This document shows, one piece after another, positions 1 through 8,710 of a stretch of 24,000 nucleotides of DNA. Below the pieces are notes generated by a model, which ran no database searches, was not told the DNA's origin, and saw nothing but the letters and a program-made list of their open reading frames with translations. Each line of letters starts with the position of its first letter. Within the stretch, counting starts at the first letter, position 1. Where the stretch lies: assembly GCF_004310395.1 (NCBI RefSeq), contig NZ_BFAX01000003.1:91333-115332 (forward strand), read 5' to 3'. The stretch comes from Methanofervidicoccus abyssi (GTDB lineage Archaea; AGJL01; Methanococci; Methanococcales; Methanococcaceae). A program made the position numbers and the translations under genes.

Positions 1-375
1 GGCGAGATAGACAACTCCATACTCTTTAAAGATATTTAGTAAATCTCCCTTCATACCACCTTTCCCAACTATAGCAGAGATACCAGTGATCTTTATAAAA
101 TCTGCCTCTACCTCGTTCATCCTTGCAGAAGTTGTAGGTCCTATAGATATACATCTCCATTTATCTCCTACTTTTTTCATAATTGGCCCAGCATGATATA
201 TTACTCCCTCCTTTAACTTATTTACAATCTTTCTAATGTCCTTTTCATCTATTCTCTTTATAATGTTTATATGGGCCTCATCTCTCCCTGTATAGATCCT
301 TCCATTGAGATAAACTATATCTCCAACCTTCAATTTGTACACTGTATTTTTTGATATAGGGGTTTTTAACTCCAC
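1..375 (-). CDS. Class I (Fe-S) fumarate hydratase / tartrate-dehydratase-type beta subunit, 5' part only (gene runs off the left edge)
   Basis: Not in the ORF track because it is truncated. The reverse-strand frame opens at GTG 375-373, with an in-frame TAA five codons upstream. It reads (M)ELKTPISKNTVYKLKVGDIVYLNGRIYTGRDEAHINIIKRIDEKDIRKIVNKLKEGVIYHAGPIMKKVGDKWRCISIGPTTSARMNEVEADFIKITGISAIVGKGGMKGDLLNIFKEYGVVYLA with no stop to position 1. The IYTxRDxAH and GPTTSxRM...GKGGM blocks match my memory of the Fe-S hydro-lyase beta-type domain. Confidence 0.7.
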   Translation of the reverse strand, partial: MELKTPISKNTVYKLKVGDIVYLNGRIYTGRDEAHINIIKRIDEKDIRKIVNKLKEGVIYHAGPIMKKVGDKWRCISIGPTTSARMNEVEADFIKITGISAIVGKGGMKGDLLNIFKEYGVVYLA

Positions 376-489
376 ATTTTCACCATAGATTTATATATTT
401 TATTATTAATACAATAATTAATGCAATATATTGTTATATAACGGCCTATATTATTATATAACGGTTATTAAAAATTATTAGGTGAGAAA

Positions 490-1281
490 ATGAGAAAGGA
501 CTTCCCAGAAGAAGGAGAGTTAGTTATCGGTACAGTTGTAGATGTAAAACCTTATGGAGCATTTGTAGAGTTGTTGGATTATCCAAATAGAGAAGGGCTG
601 ATCCATATATCTGAGGTATCTTCTGGATGGGTAAAGAACATAAGAGATCATGTTAAAAAGGGACAGAGGGTAGTGGCAAAAGTAATGAGGGTAGATAAGA
701 AGAAGGGACATATAGACCTATCTTTAAAGAGAGTTACAGAACAGCAGAAAAAGGCTAAAATACAGGAGTGGAAAAGGTTTCAAAGGGCGGAAAAGTTACT
801 ACAATTTGCAGGGGAGAAGCTTGGAAAGTCCCTTGAGGAAGCCTGGGAGGAAGTAGGGTATAAGTTAGAGGAGGAGTTTGGAGAACTCTATCACGCCTTA
901 GAGTGTATTGCCATAGAAGGCAAAGAGATCTTAGAGGAGTTGGATATTCCAAAGGAATGGAAAGATATACTTTACGAGGTGGCTATTGAAAACATAGAGT
1001 TGCCTACTGTAAAGGTAGATGGTATATTAACACTTACTACAACGGAACCTAACGGTATCAAAGTTATAAAGAATGTCCTGAAGAAGGCCCTGAAGGCCAA
1101 CCCCTACGAAGACGTCGTTGTAGATATAAGATACGTTGGAGCTCCAAAGTACAGGATAGAAGTTGAGGCCCCAGATTACAAGAGTGGAGAAGAGGTACTG
1201 AGGAAAGTTGCAGATACTGCTATAAACTCCATCAAGAAGTATAAGGGAGGGGAAGGTAGTTTCGTAAGGGAGTACCATTAA
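490..1281 (+). CDS. eif2a: Translation initiation factor aIF-2 alpha subunit
   Basis: 263-aa ORF with an N-terminal S1 domain (GELVIGTVVDVKPYGAFVELLDYPNREGLIHISEVSSGWVKNIRDHVKKGQRVVAKVMRVDKKKGHIDLSLKRV), then the helical and alpha-beta domains typical of e/aIF2-alpha. AGGTGA lies 4 nt before the ATG. Confidence 0.9.
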   Translation: MRKDFPEEGELVIGTVVDVKPYGAFVELLDYPNREGLIHISEVSSGWVKNIRDHVKKGQRVVAKVMRVDKKKGHIDLSLKRVTEQQKKAKIQEWKRFQRAEKLLQFAGEKLGKSLEEAWEEVGYKLEEEFGELYHALECIAIEGKEILEELDIPKEWKDILYEVAIENIELPTVKVDGILTLTTTEPNGIKVIKNVLKKALKANPYEDVVVDIRYVGAPKYRIEVEAPDYKSGEEVLRKVADTAINSIKKYKGGEGSFVREYH

Positions 1282-1302
1282 AATAAAAGTTATGATGAAA
1301 AC

Positions 1303-1467
1303 ATGAGGATAAAAAAGTGTCCAAGATGTAAGAGATATGCATTGAAGGATATCTGCAATATCTGTGGAGAAAAGACTGTAACTGTCAAACCACCGAGATT
1401 CTCCTTAGAGGACAGATATGGTGAGTACAGGAGAATGTTGAAAAGATCTTTAAAAAACAAAAGATAA
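1303..1467 (+). CDS. nop10: H/ACA RNP protein Nop10 (54 aa, below the ORF-track cut-off)
   Basis: Hand translation gives MRIKKCPRCKRYALKDICNICGEKTVTVKPPRFSLEDRYGEYRRMLKRSLKNKR, ending at TAA 1465-1467. It has a CxxC...CxxC zinc ribbon and the PPRFSxxDxYxxYR motif characteristic of Nop10. Placement directly after aIF2-alpha is the conserved archaeal arrangement. Confidence 0.85.
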   Translation: MRIKKCPRCKRYALKDICNICGEKTVTVKPPRFSLEDRYGEYRRMLKRSLKNKR

Positions 1468-1613
1468 TAAAAAATAAAGTAGAAGCCTTGTTTTAAATCA
1501 AAGGAAGACAGTCTCAAGATTTAAATAGGATTAGGATGGAAGGTTTCCCTTTATTATTATTACCTTTTCTCCCGATATTTCTAACGTAGAATAATTATTC
1601 CTCTAGTGAAATT

Positions 1614-3050
1614 ATGGACAGTAGTGTTTTGATTAGAAGATGTAATGAATTTTTGGAAGAGTTGTCAAAATTTAGAGAGGAGATGTCATCAAAATTTTCA
1701 GAGAATTTAGATAGTGATTTCTATAGTAATCTGATAGATATCTTAAGTAGAAATTTAAAGATTTTAGAGGATTTAAAGGAGAAGATGGAATTACAAGGTT
1801 TTGACACTCCCTTTATAGGCGTAGGGAAGTTAAAAGGGTGTGATGAGGAAGATCTCTACGAGATAAAGTCTTACGTCTCTTATCTTAGGAGGATGGTAGA
1901 TGAGAAGAAAGGAGTGTTAGAGAGGGTAAGATACGCCATAGTATCTCATAGAATAGCCTTGGGACATCTAAAGGAGAAGGAAGGAAATAGGAGAATAGTA
2001 CATTTTCTACCTTACGACGGCTCCAATAAAAATATACTTTTTAATATGCCAACACTCTTTGTCAGAACGTACAAAAGACTTTTAAATATATTGGAATCTG
2101 AAGGCAAGGGAATACTAAGTTCTGTCACTATAACCTTTATAGTGGTGGAGGATGGGAAGAGGAAGTTGAAGAGGATAAAGATAGAAGATGAAAATTACGA
2201 GGAATATCTTAAGAGAAACTATGGAGATGTACTTATAACTTCTATAAAGAAAAATTATACTAAGAATAAACTGATATCTGACAGTTATGTAAGAAAGACT
2301 CTGGCACTATCTTATTTACTGGCATACTGGAATGAGATAGAGAGAAAGATAAAGAAAGAATATGAAGAAAAACTCTCTGAACATCAAAAGGAATTGATAG
2401 AGAAATACAGGAATACAGTGTTGGACCTGAGGGAAGATGTAGAGGGGGGAGTGATAGATATTAGAGCTTTGGAGGAGTTGAAGATAAAGAGGATTAGGAT
2501 GAGGGAAGAATTGGAAAGGTTAGGGATCTACAAGGAGGGAAAACTAGTAGAAGAGTTGGAGAGTGCTCTCAGGGTAGAGAAGGAGATCTCGGAAAAATTT
2601 TCATACAGTATAGCTGTAGAATATCTCTCTCAAGATATTTTCAAGTATTATCTCTACAAGACCCCAGATGAGAGAAGTAAATCCAGTATGTTCCCATCCA
2701 TTCTTCCTACACCTTCCCCTTTAAATCTAAGGTGGATGGAAATTGAGGGAATAGATCCTGTAAATGTTTTAGATGTTAAATTCCTACTTGAGAAGGAACT
2801 TCCAAAGTACAGTATTTCCATTAAGGACCTTGGAGGAGTGGCTCTATATTTGATCCATGGTTGGGATGAAGTCCAGAGGTATGGGTTCAGGAGGAAGGAT
2901 GTTGAGGAGATTCTTAAAGATATGGCCCCTATAGATAGATTGAGATCTCTACTGAGTAAAAAAGGAGTAGATATAAAGAAGTTGGAAAGATACGACTCTA
3001 TAAAAAGGGAGAGGACAAAGAGATTCTTAGATGCCCTTAGTAGGTTGTAA
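1614..3050 (+). CDS. Uncharacterised soluble Lys/Glu-rich protein with a central coiled-coil; no family recognised
   Basis: 478-aa ORF with an SD-like AGTGA 4 nt before the ATG. There is a long heptad-like charged stretch (KKEYEEKLSEHQKELIEKYRNTVLDLRED...ELERLGIYKEGKLVEELESALRVEKEISEKF). I see no TM segment, P-loop or Cys cluster. The stop (3048-3050) is 2 nt before the cbiB ATG. Confidence 0.6.
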   Translation: MDSSVLIRRCNEFLEELSKFREEMSSKFSENLDSDFYSNLIDILSRNLKILEDLKEKMELQGFDTPFIGVGKLKGCDEEDLYEIKSYVSYLRRMVDEKKGVLERVRYAIVSHRIALGHLKEKEGNRRIVHFLPYDGSNKNILFNMPTLFVRTYKRLLNILESEGKGILSSVTITFIVVEDGKRKLKRIKIEDENYEEYLKRNYGDVLITSIKKNYTKNKLISDSYVRKTLALSYLLAYWNEIERKIKKEYEEKLSEHQKELIEKYRNTVLDLREDVEGGVIDIRALEELKIKRIRMREELERLGIYKEGKLVEELESALRVEKEISEKFSYSIAVEYLSQDIFKYYLYKTPDERSKSSMFPSILPTPSPLNLRWMEIEGIDPVNVLDVKFLLEKELPKYSISIKDLGGVALYLIHGWDEVQRYGFRRKDVEEILKDMAPIDRLRSLLSKKGVDIKKLERYDSIKRERTKRFLDALSRL

Positions 3051-3052
3051 CC

Positions 3053-3982
3053 ATGCTTAACCCTCTAATACTCTGGGGATCTATAGTAGTTGATAGAATC
3101 CTTGGAGAACTTCCCGAGAGGATACACCCCGTAGTCTGGATAGGTAAGTTGATCTACTTCCTGGAAGATATTTTTAGATCTACTTACTCAAGAAATAAGG
3201 TTAGAGATCTCTTTTTTGGATCCCTTACTACACTAATTACATTGACGGTGGTATTTTTAGCATCTTATGTCCTAGAGGCATTTATAAGTAGATTACCTGA
3301 GATCCTTCAATATCTCCTTTACCCTTTTATCTTCTCAACAACAATTGGATACAAATCTCTCTTAGATTTCTCAAGGAAACCTATAGACTGTGTGAAAGAA
3401 GGGGACATAGAAGGTGCGAGGAAGTGTCTTCAGTGTATAGTAAGTAGGGATACTTCGAAGTTAGATATAGAGCATATTCTATCAGCATCGGTAGAGAGTC
3501 TATCTGAGAACATAACAGATAGTATTATCGCCCCCCTCATATACGGGGCACTCTTTGGACTTCCTGGAGCCTTCCTATACAGGGCTGTGAATACATTAGA
3601 TGCTATGATAGGATACAGAAATGAGAAATACGAATACTACGGTAAGTTAGCTGCCCGTTTAGATGATATATTAAATATTATACCTTCACGTATTGCAGGT
3701 TTACTCCTTGTAATAACATCACCACTATATGGAGGAAGTATAAAAGGGGCACTCTACGGTTTCTTTAGGGAAGGTTCTAAAACTCCCTCTCCAAATTCAG
3801 GATATACTATGGCCACGATAGCCAACAGTTTAGGCATTATCCTTGAAAAAATAGGGTACTACAGATTAGGAAGGGGAAATATAGATATTAAAAAGGCTTA
3901 CGATTCCTTGAAAGCTGTAGATATAGTAGTAATATCCTTTCTTGTAGTTTATACTCTTTTGTATCTTTTTATTGCTAACTAA
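3053..3982 (+). CDS. cbiB: Adenosylcobinamide-phosphate synthase CbiB/CobD (integral membrane)
   Basis: 309-aa polytopic membrane protein. The N-terminus (LILWGSIVVDRILGELPERIHPVVWIGKLI) and the internal blocks SVESLSENITDSIIAPL and LDAMIGYRNEKYEYYGK...ARLDDILNIIPSRI fit the CobD/CbiB family as I remember it. Confidence 0.8.
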   Translation: MLNPLILWGSIVVDRILGELPERIHPVVWIGKLIYFLEDIFRSTYSRNKVRDLFFGSLTTLITLTVVFLASYVLEAFISRLPEILQYLLYPFIFSTTIGYKSLLDFSRKPIDCVKEGDIEGARKCLQCIVSRDTSKLDIEHILSASVESLSENITDSIIAPLIYGALFGLPGAFLYRAVNTLDAMIGYRNEKYEYYGKLAARLDDILNIIPSRIAGLLLVITSPLYGGSIKGALYGFFREGSKTPSPNSGYTMATIANSLGIILEKIGYYRLGRGNIDIKKAYDSLKAVDIVVISFLVVYTLLYLFIAN

Positions 3983-4190
3983 AAAACTACTTTTCATAGT
4001 AGTAATTAATATAATAATAAAAATAATTAAGTAATTAATAATAATTATTTATATATAAGAATGAAATATAAAAAATTAAAACCAGAAAGAAAAGATTAAC
4101 AGAGATCCAGTTTTACTTCTTCAGTATATGTAACCCAGATTTTGCATTTCGTTATTAACCATCACTTTAATGGGAACTAAACTTGTTATT

Positions 4191-4904
4191 TTATCTGATA
4201 ATGTAAGGTTTATTTTCCAGATCCCTTATCAGTTTCTCCAACCTCTCTCTATCCCTTTCAGGAATATCTACGAAGAACACTCTGCCCCCTACCTCTCCCC
4301 TCTCCTTCAAGTTTGTAATTCTGAAGTATCCCTTCTTAGTGGCTACGTAACCTGTGGTATAAGATGGATTATCTGAAGTACACAACTCTGCAATAACTCC
4401 CAAATCTATAACCTTAGTTGCTATCGCTATGGCATCGACAGTCCTCTCTGTTCCCAAATTCCCCTTTAATATCCTTTCCCTTAATTCCTCAGATGTAGAT
4501 ATACACTTCACCCTTACACCTCTCTCCCTATCAGGTTCCAACCTATATCCCTCCAAGTTTAATATACTTGCTCCCCTCATACCTCCCTCGTCAACTATTC
4601 TAAATGCTTTATCTATAACATCTTCTTTTATTCCTTCTTTTCTCAGGATATTCCTGGCAACTTCCCTGGCCTCTTCCTTACTTCTACACTTAACAGTTAT
4701 TATAGGTAGGTGATCTCTATACTTTATCTTCTCTTTGATCTCTTCAATCTTTATGTTTATAAAATCTGGAGTCCCATTTTCATGGAAAAATGCCCTTCTT
4801 ATAAACTTGATAGTGTATTCTTCTACCTTCTCCCTCTCTACTATAGTCTCTGCCCCCGAAATATGCCTACCATTTTTCGACGCCCTCATTTTTACACTGT
4901 ACAT
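4191..4904 (-). CDS. bioW: 6-carboxyhexanoate-CoA ligase (pimeloyl-CoA synthetase) BioW
   Basis: 237 aa. [22 protein letters not shown] and [44 protein letters not shown] align block for block with my memory of B. subtilis BioW (FYSVRMRAS...HISGGERL; VVAELCWSDDPDYITGYVA.KK.GYQRIT...RVFF.D). Confidence 0.85.
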   Translation of the reverse strand: MYSVKMRASKNGRHISGAETIVEREKVEEYTIKFIRRAFFHENGTPDFINIKIEEIKEKIKYRDHLPIITVKCRSKEEAREVARNILRKEGIKEDVIDKAFRIVDEGGMRGASILNLEGYRLEPDRERGVRVKCISTSEELRERILKGNLGTERTVDAIAIATKVIDLGVIAELCTSDNPSYTTGYVATKKGYFRITNLKERGEVGGRVFFVDIPERDRERLEKLIRDLENKPYIIR

Positions 4905-5285
4905 ATTTATCCCAGGTTATTTTTTGTAAAGTATCCTCCAGTGTCTAAAATAGTTGAGTGATAACCAGAATTTATTCTTTTTTTATATGGTAGGTTTTTT
5001 ATCATCGATTTTATTATAGAGAGTAAAAACCTAAAAGGACAGAGCAGAAATCTCGTTTTACTCTTTTAGTAATCAGTGTAAACTAGAAAATATTTCTTAT
5101 CTTTCTTTTTATATCAATTAAATTATTTAATTACTTTTAAACGACTACTTTGATGGAAACTAAGATTCTTAATACACATGTTGATATAATACAGTAGTAC
5201 TAACAATAAGTTATAAATTATAAAAATGACAATAATCATAAATTTGTATAACCATTATAAATTAACTATAAATTAGGTGATAGTT

Positions 5286-6209
5286 GTGATACTATTTGAA
5301 TGGGGTACTTACAATGCACTCTCCACTCTTAAACAGGCTGCACTTTTAGGTACTAGGATTACAGAGATACCTCCTGCTGTCCTATCTAAGAAGATGTCTC
5401 TAGATTACTATGAAAGTTATAGAAGAATGGGGGAGAGATACTTTACACTGATAGTAGCACATGGTCCTTACTACAATCTAACATCTGAGAAGGGATTAAA
5501 AGCTCATCTTGCAGCGATAGAAAGAGCTACAGTCTCTGGGGCTAAGATATACAACTACCATCTTGGTAGGAGAATAGGAACGGGAGATATAACCGTCCAG
5601 TTGGAGATCTTAAAAAAGTTCAAAGAGATAAACAGTGAAATGATATACTCTCCAGAGCCTGCAAGTAACGAAGGGGAGTTTGGTACCTTAGATGAGATCG
5701 AGGAGCTTGTTAAAGCTGCAAAGGAGGAAGAAATAAAGATAATACCTTCTCTACAGTTGGAGAATATCTTCCTAAATGAGTTAGGAGTTTATGAAACTGG
5801 TGATTTTGTAGAAGCATCTGAAAAGGCAGATGTGAAATGGTGGTTGAAGATCCTTGAGAGGATGGACAAGATATCAGAGAATATGATACATATTAGGTTC
5901 TCCCAGGTAGTGGGTATTAAACATGGAGGTAGATTCTATAAAAAGAGGATGCCGTTAGGAATGGGATATCCTCCACTTCGACCTTTGGCAGAGGCCCTAT
6001 CTACATACTTTGTAAATAACAGTATGGAAAAGGTAGTTAAAAAGATACTCTTCCTATATACAGGGTTGCCGGAGGTTAAATATAGAGATCTAATAGATAT
6101 CTACGCTACAGTTATGAAGTTATCTATAGATAAGTTGGTAAATAAGAAGAACCAGATGGAGTACGGAAAATTCTATGCCTCCCTTAAGATGGAGGAAGAT
6201 AACGATTAA
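5286..6209 (+). CDS. Putative TIM-barrel protein of the xylose-isomerase-like / AP-endonuclease-2 (Endo IV-like) fold; function unknown
   Basis: The ORF track starts it at GTG 5277. That GTG lies inside AGGTGA (5275-5280), and a second in-frame GTG at 5286 sits 5 nt after this box, so 5286 is preferred. The spaced blocks AHGPYYNL, YNYHLG, LQLEN, IHIRFSQ and KHGG...RMPLGMG resemble the Endo IV/sugar-isomerase metal-ligand pattern only loosely. The assignment is tentative. Confidence 0.45.
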   Translation: MILFEWGTYNALSTLKQAALLGTRITEIPPAVLSKKMSLDYYESYRRMGERYFTLIVAHGPYYNLTSEKGLKAHLAAIERATVSGAKIYNYHLGRRIGTGDITVQLEILKKFKEINSEMIYSPEPASNEGEFGTLDEIEELVKAAKEEEIKIIPSLQLENIFLNELGVYETGDFVEASEKADVKWWLKILERMDKISENMIHIRFSQVVGIKHGGRFYKKRMPLGMGYPPLRPLAEALSTYFVNNSMEKVVKKILFLYTGLPEVKYRDLIDIYATVMKLSIDKLVNKKNQMEYGKFYASLKMEEDND

Positions 6210-6257
6210 CTTATAAATTTAGATATCTCTTATTATAATGACTGTAGAAATATCATC

Positions 6258-6309
6258 AGGATAGGAAATTTATTCCCTATCCTATTTAAAATTATCTTTT
6301 TACTTTTTT
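6258..6309 (+). terminator. Hairpin plus oligo-T tracts downstream of the TIM-barrel gene
   Basis: A perfect 8-bp stem AGGATAGG (6258-6265) / CCTATCCT (6276-6283) with a 10-nt loop, followed by T5 (6297-6301) and T6 (6304-6309). Oligo-T is the known archaeal termination signal. Confidence 0.4.
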
Positions 6310-6436
6310 GAATTCGTAGCTTCAATATTGTTGTAGAAGAAGTTTGAAAATTCTATAATTTTGTTTGACTATATTGTTAATTATTTTTATTATACTTATT
6401 AATATTAGATTTACATTAAAGAAGAGGAGTGATAAC

Positions 6437-8710
6437 ATGATAGATAAGTGTCCAATTTGCATGGGTACTGGAAAAAAGATAGTAAGATATAAAACCTGCC
6501 CCGAATGTGAAGGAACCGGATATATATGTGAGTTCGATACAAAATCTCACTTCAAGGGAATTTCAAAGAGATCGAAGTACGACTTAGATCTAGCCGAAGT
6601 GCCTTGTCCAAACTGTGAAGGTACTGGAAAGGTACCTGTTTATGATACCTGTGATTACTGTGGAGGTTCTGGAAAAGTTGTAAAGTGTGATAAATGTGGA
6701 AGGTATATTGGAAAATATCCTGAGTATAAAAATGTTACATTGTGTGAGATATGTAAAAAAGAGGAAGAAGAAAGGAGGAAAAATTTAAAAACTGTTTACG
6801 AGCTGGATAACCTATGTAATGTTGGGGATGTAGAAGAAGGTAAATTCTATAAAGGTATTGTATCGAGGACAGAGAGATACGGGGTATTTATCTCCCTTAA
6901 CGAACAGACAAGGGGGCTACTTAAACCAAGGGAGATGGTGGGTAAAAAACTAAGTGATTTCAAAATAGGAGATGAAGTTATAGTACAGGTGATAGATGTA
7001 AGGCCTGAGAAGAGAGAGATTGATTTTAGATACATACCTCTCGCTAACTATACTATCGAGAAACTTGAAAAAAAGGTACCTCTAACAACTATAAAAGAGA
7101 TTGTCGATAAAGGTTTAGTGGAAATGAAGGATGAGATCGTCCATATTATTGGGGAGGTTATCCAGATAACTCAGACACCTGGGCCAACTATATTTACAGT
7201 GACAGATGGAACTGAAACTGCCTGGGTTGCAGCCTTGGATATTGCAGGTTTAAGAGCCCATCCAGAAGTGCATATTGGAGATATAATAGACGTTATTGGA
7301 TGTGTATCTATAAGGGAGGGGAGACTCCAGATAGAGAGGTTGAAATTGAAGAAGTTGGAAGGTGAAGAAGCTAAGAAGGTTAAAGAAGAGATAGAGAAAA
7401 AACTAGATAGAAAATCAGAACCTTACAGAAATATTAACTTCCTTGTATACTCTTCAGTTCTGGAGAAGTTGAGACCTAAGATGGCCCATGTGGCAAAGAA
7501 GATCAGGAGAGCTATACTAGATGGAAGACCTATAATTATAAGACACCATGCAGATACAGATGGGTACTGTGCAGGGTTGGCATTGGAAAGAGCGATACTT
7601 CCGATACTCAGTGAGTTTTCCATAGATGTAGATGCCCAGTGGCACTACTTTAAAAGGAGTCCTTCAAAGGCCCCATTCTACGAGTTAGAGGATGTTACCA
7701 AGGATCTAGTATACTCCTTAGAGGATAAGTTGAGGTTTGGCCAGAAGATGCCTCTGGTGGTATTAGCCGACAACGGTAGTACAGATGAAGATATCCCTGC
7801 AATCTCCCAGGCTACAGCCTTTGATATAGATGTGATCGTAATAGACCACCACTACCCTGGAGAAATTATAAACGGTAGGGTGGAAGTAGATGACTACATA
7901 TCGGCCCATGTAAATCCATATCTAGTGGGGGGAGACAGTAATCTCACAGCAGGGGTATTGGCGACAGAAGTTGCAAGGATGATAAACAAGGACGTAACTG
8001 AGGAAATAAACCACCTTCCAGGTATCGCTGTAGTTGGAGATCATGCCAAAGGGAGAGAAGTGGAGGAGTATATAAAAATAGCCCTCAGAGATCTGACGAA
8101 GTGGAGTAAGAGGTACGGAAGTGGTAAAGAATATACCGTAGAGGATCTTGAGAAAATCGCCCTCTGTATGGACTTTGAAGCATTCTATCTAAGGTTTATG
8201 GGTGGGAGGGGAATAGTAGAAGAGATACTGGCTACAAACAAGAAGGAGATATACAGGCATGAGAGATTAGTAGATATCCTATATAAGAGGGCAATGGAGA
8301 TGATAGATAGGCAGATGAGAGCTGTACTACCTGCCTTAAAAACTGAAAAACTGGAGAATGGGATAGTACTGAATACCTTGGATGTGGAAAAGTATGCCCA
8401 TAAATTTACCTTCCCACCTCCAGGGAAAACCTGTGGATTTGCACATGACAGTATAGTTAAAAAGTATGGAGAAGAGACACCTATAATAACTATAGCTTAC
8501 GGTCCAGATTTCATAGTAGTTAGGGCTACAGATGTAGTAAGTGAGAAGTTCAACTTCAACCTAAACCTTATCGTAGAGCAACTTATAAGAGAGATACCTG
8601 AAGCTTCCATAGATGGAGGGGGACATGAATGTGCTGGAAGTGTCAAGTTTGTAGAAGGTTTGAGGGATAAGGTACTCTCCAAGTTTGTAGATATCTTGAA
8701 GAAGATGTAA
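6437..8710 (+). CDS. RecJ-like DHH/DHHA1 phosphoesterase (probable nuclease) with N-terminal DnaJ-type zinc-finger, zinc ribbon, S1 and OB-fold domains
   Basis: The ORF-track start (TTG 6365) adds 24 hydrophobic residues. ATG 6437 is preceded by GAGGAGTGAT plus 3 nt, so it is preferred (757 aa). Domains in order: four CxxCxGxG repeats (CPICMGTG, CPECEGTG, CPNCEGTG, CDYCGGSG) and a CxxC...CxxC ribbon. Next an S1-like barrel (GKFYKGIVSRTERYGVFISLNEQTRGLL...GDEVIVQVIDV) and an OB-fold (VHIIGEVIQITQTPGPTIFTVTDGT...). Then DHH motifs (IIRHHADTDGYCAG, LADNGS, VIVIDHHYP) and DHHA1 GGGHECAGS. Confidence 0.8.
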   Translation: MIDKCPICMGTGKKIVRYKTCPECEGTGYICEFDTKSHFKGISKRSKYDLDLAEVPCPNCEGTGKVPVYDTCDYCGGSGKVVKCDKCGRYIGKYPEYKNVTLCEICKKEEEERRKNLKTVYELDNLCNVGDVEEGKFYKGIVSRTERYGVFISLNEQTRGLLKPREMVGKKLSDFKIGDEVIVQVIDVRPEKREIDFRYIPLANYTIEKLEKKVPLTTIKEIVDKGLVEMKDEIVHIIGEVIQITQTPGPTIFTVTDGTETAWVAALDIAGLRAHPEVHIGDIIDVIGCVSIREGRLQIERLKLKKLEGEEAKKVKEEIEKKLDRKSEPYRNINFLVYSSVLEKLRPKMAHVAKKIRRAILDGRPIIIRHHADTDGYCAGLALERAILPILSEFSIDVDAQWHYFKRSPSKAPFYELEDVTKDLVYSLEDKLRFGQKMPLVVLADNGSTDEDIPAISQATAFDIDVIVIDHHYPGEIINGRVEVDDYISAHVNPYLVGGDSNLTAGVLATEVARMINKDVTEEINHLPGIAVVGDHAKGREVEEYIKIALRDLTKWSKRYGSGKEYTVEDLEKIALCMDFEAFYLRFMGGRGIVEEILATNKKEIYRHERLVDILYKRAMEMIDRQMRAVLPALKTEKLENGIVLNTLDVEKYAHKFTFPPPGKTCGFAHDSIVKKYGEETPIITIAYGPDFIVVRATDVVSEKFNFNLNLIVEQLIREIPEASIDGGGHECAGSVKFVEGLRDKVLSKFVDILKKM

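Noticed and set aside
1292-1298. ATGATGA between eif2a and nop10, a possible C box of a C/D sRNA.
   Set aside because: There is no CTGA D box within the next 90 nt or so and no terminal pairing. The sequence is simply the region just before the nop10 start.
520-1517. Minus-strand ORFs (63, 65, 83 and 75 aa) opposite eif2a and nop10.
   Set aside because: They are shadow ORFs antisense to two well-supported genes. The 1290-1517 ORF overlaps Nop10, whose zinc-ribbon and PPRFS motifs identify the real frame.
4170-4961. Four plus-strand ORFs (68, 94, 83 and 64 aa) overlapping bioW.
   Set aside because: They lie opposite a confidently recognised BioW. They overlap each other in different frames, and their sequences are hydrophobic and low-complexity with no start signals.
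6365-6436. TTG-initiated 24-residue hydrophobic N-terminal extension of the RecJ-like protein, which could be read as a signal or TM anchor.
   Set aside because: A strong GAGGAGTGAT box sits 3 nt before the internal ATG at 6437. The extension is translated promoter-like AT-rich DNA.
6847-8682. Minus-strand ORFs at 6847-7035, 7423-7623 and 8497-8682. Similar short antisense ORFs lie at 15437-15631, 17385-17645, 20251-20610, 20657-20839, 20968-21174 and 23589-23804.
   Set aside because: All are antisense to, or overlap, recognised genes. They lack SD boxes and have skewed low-complexity composition.
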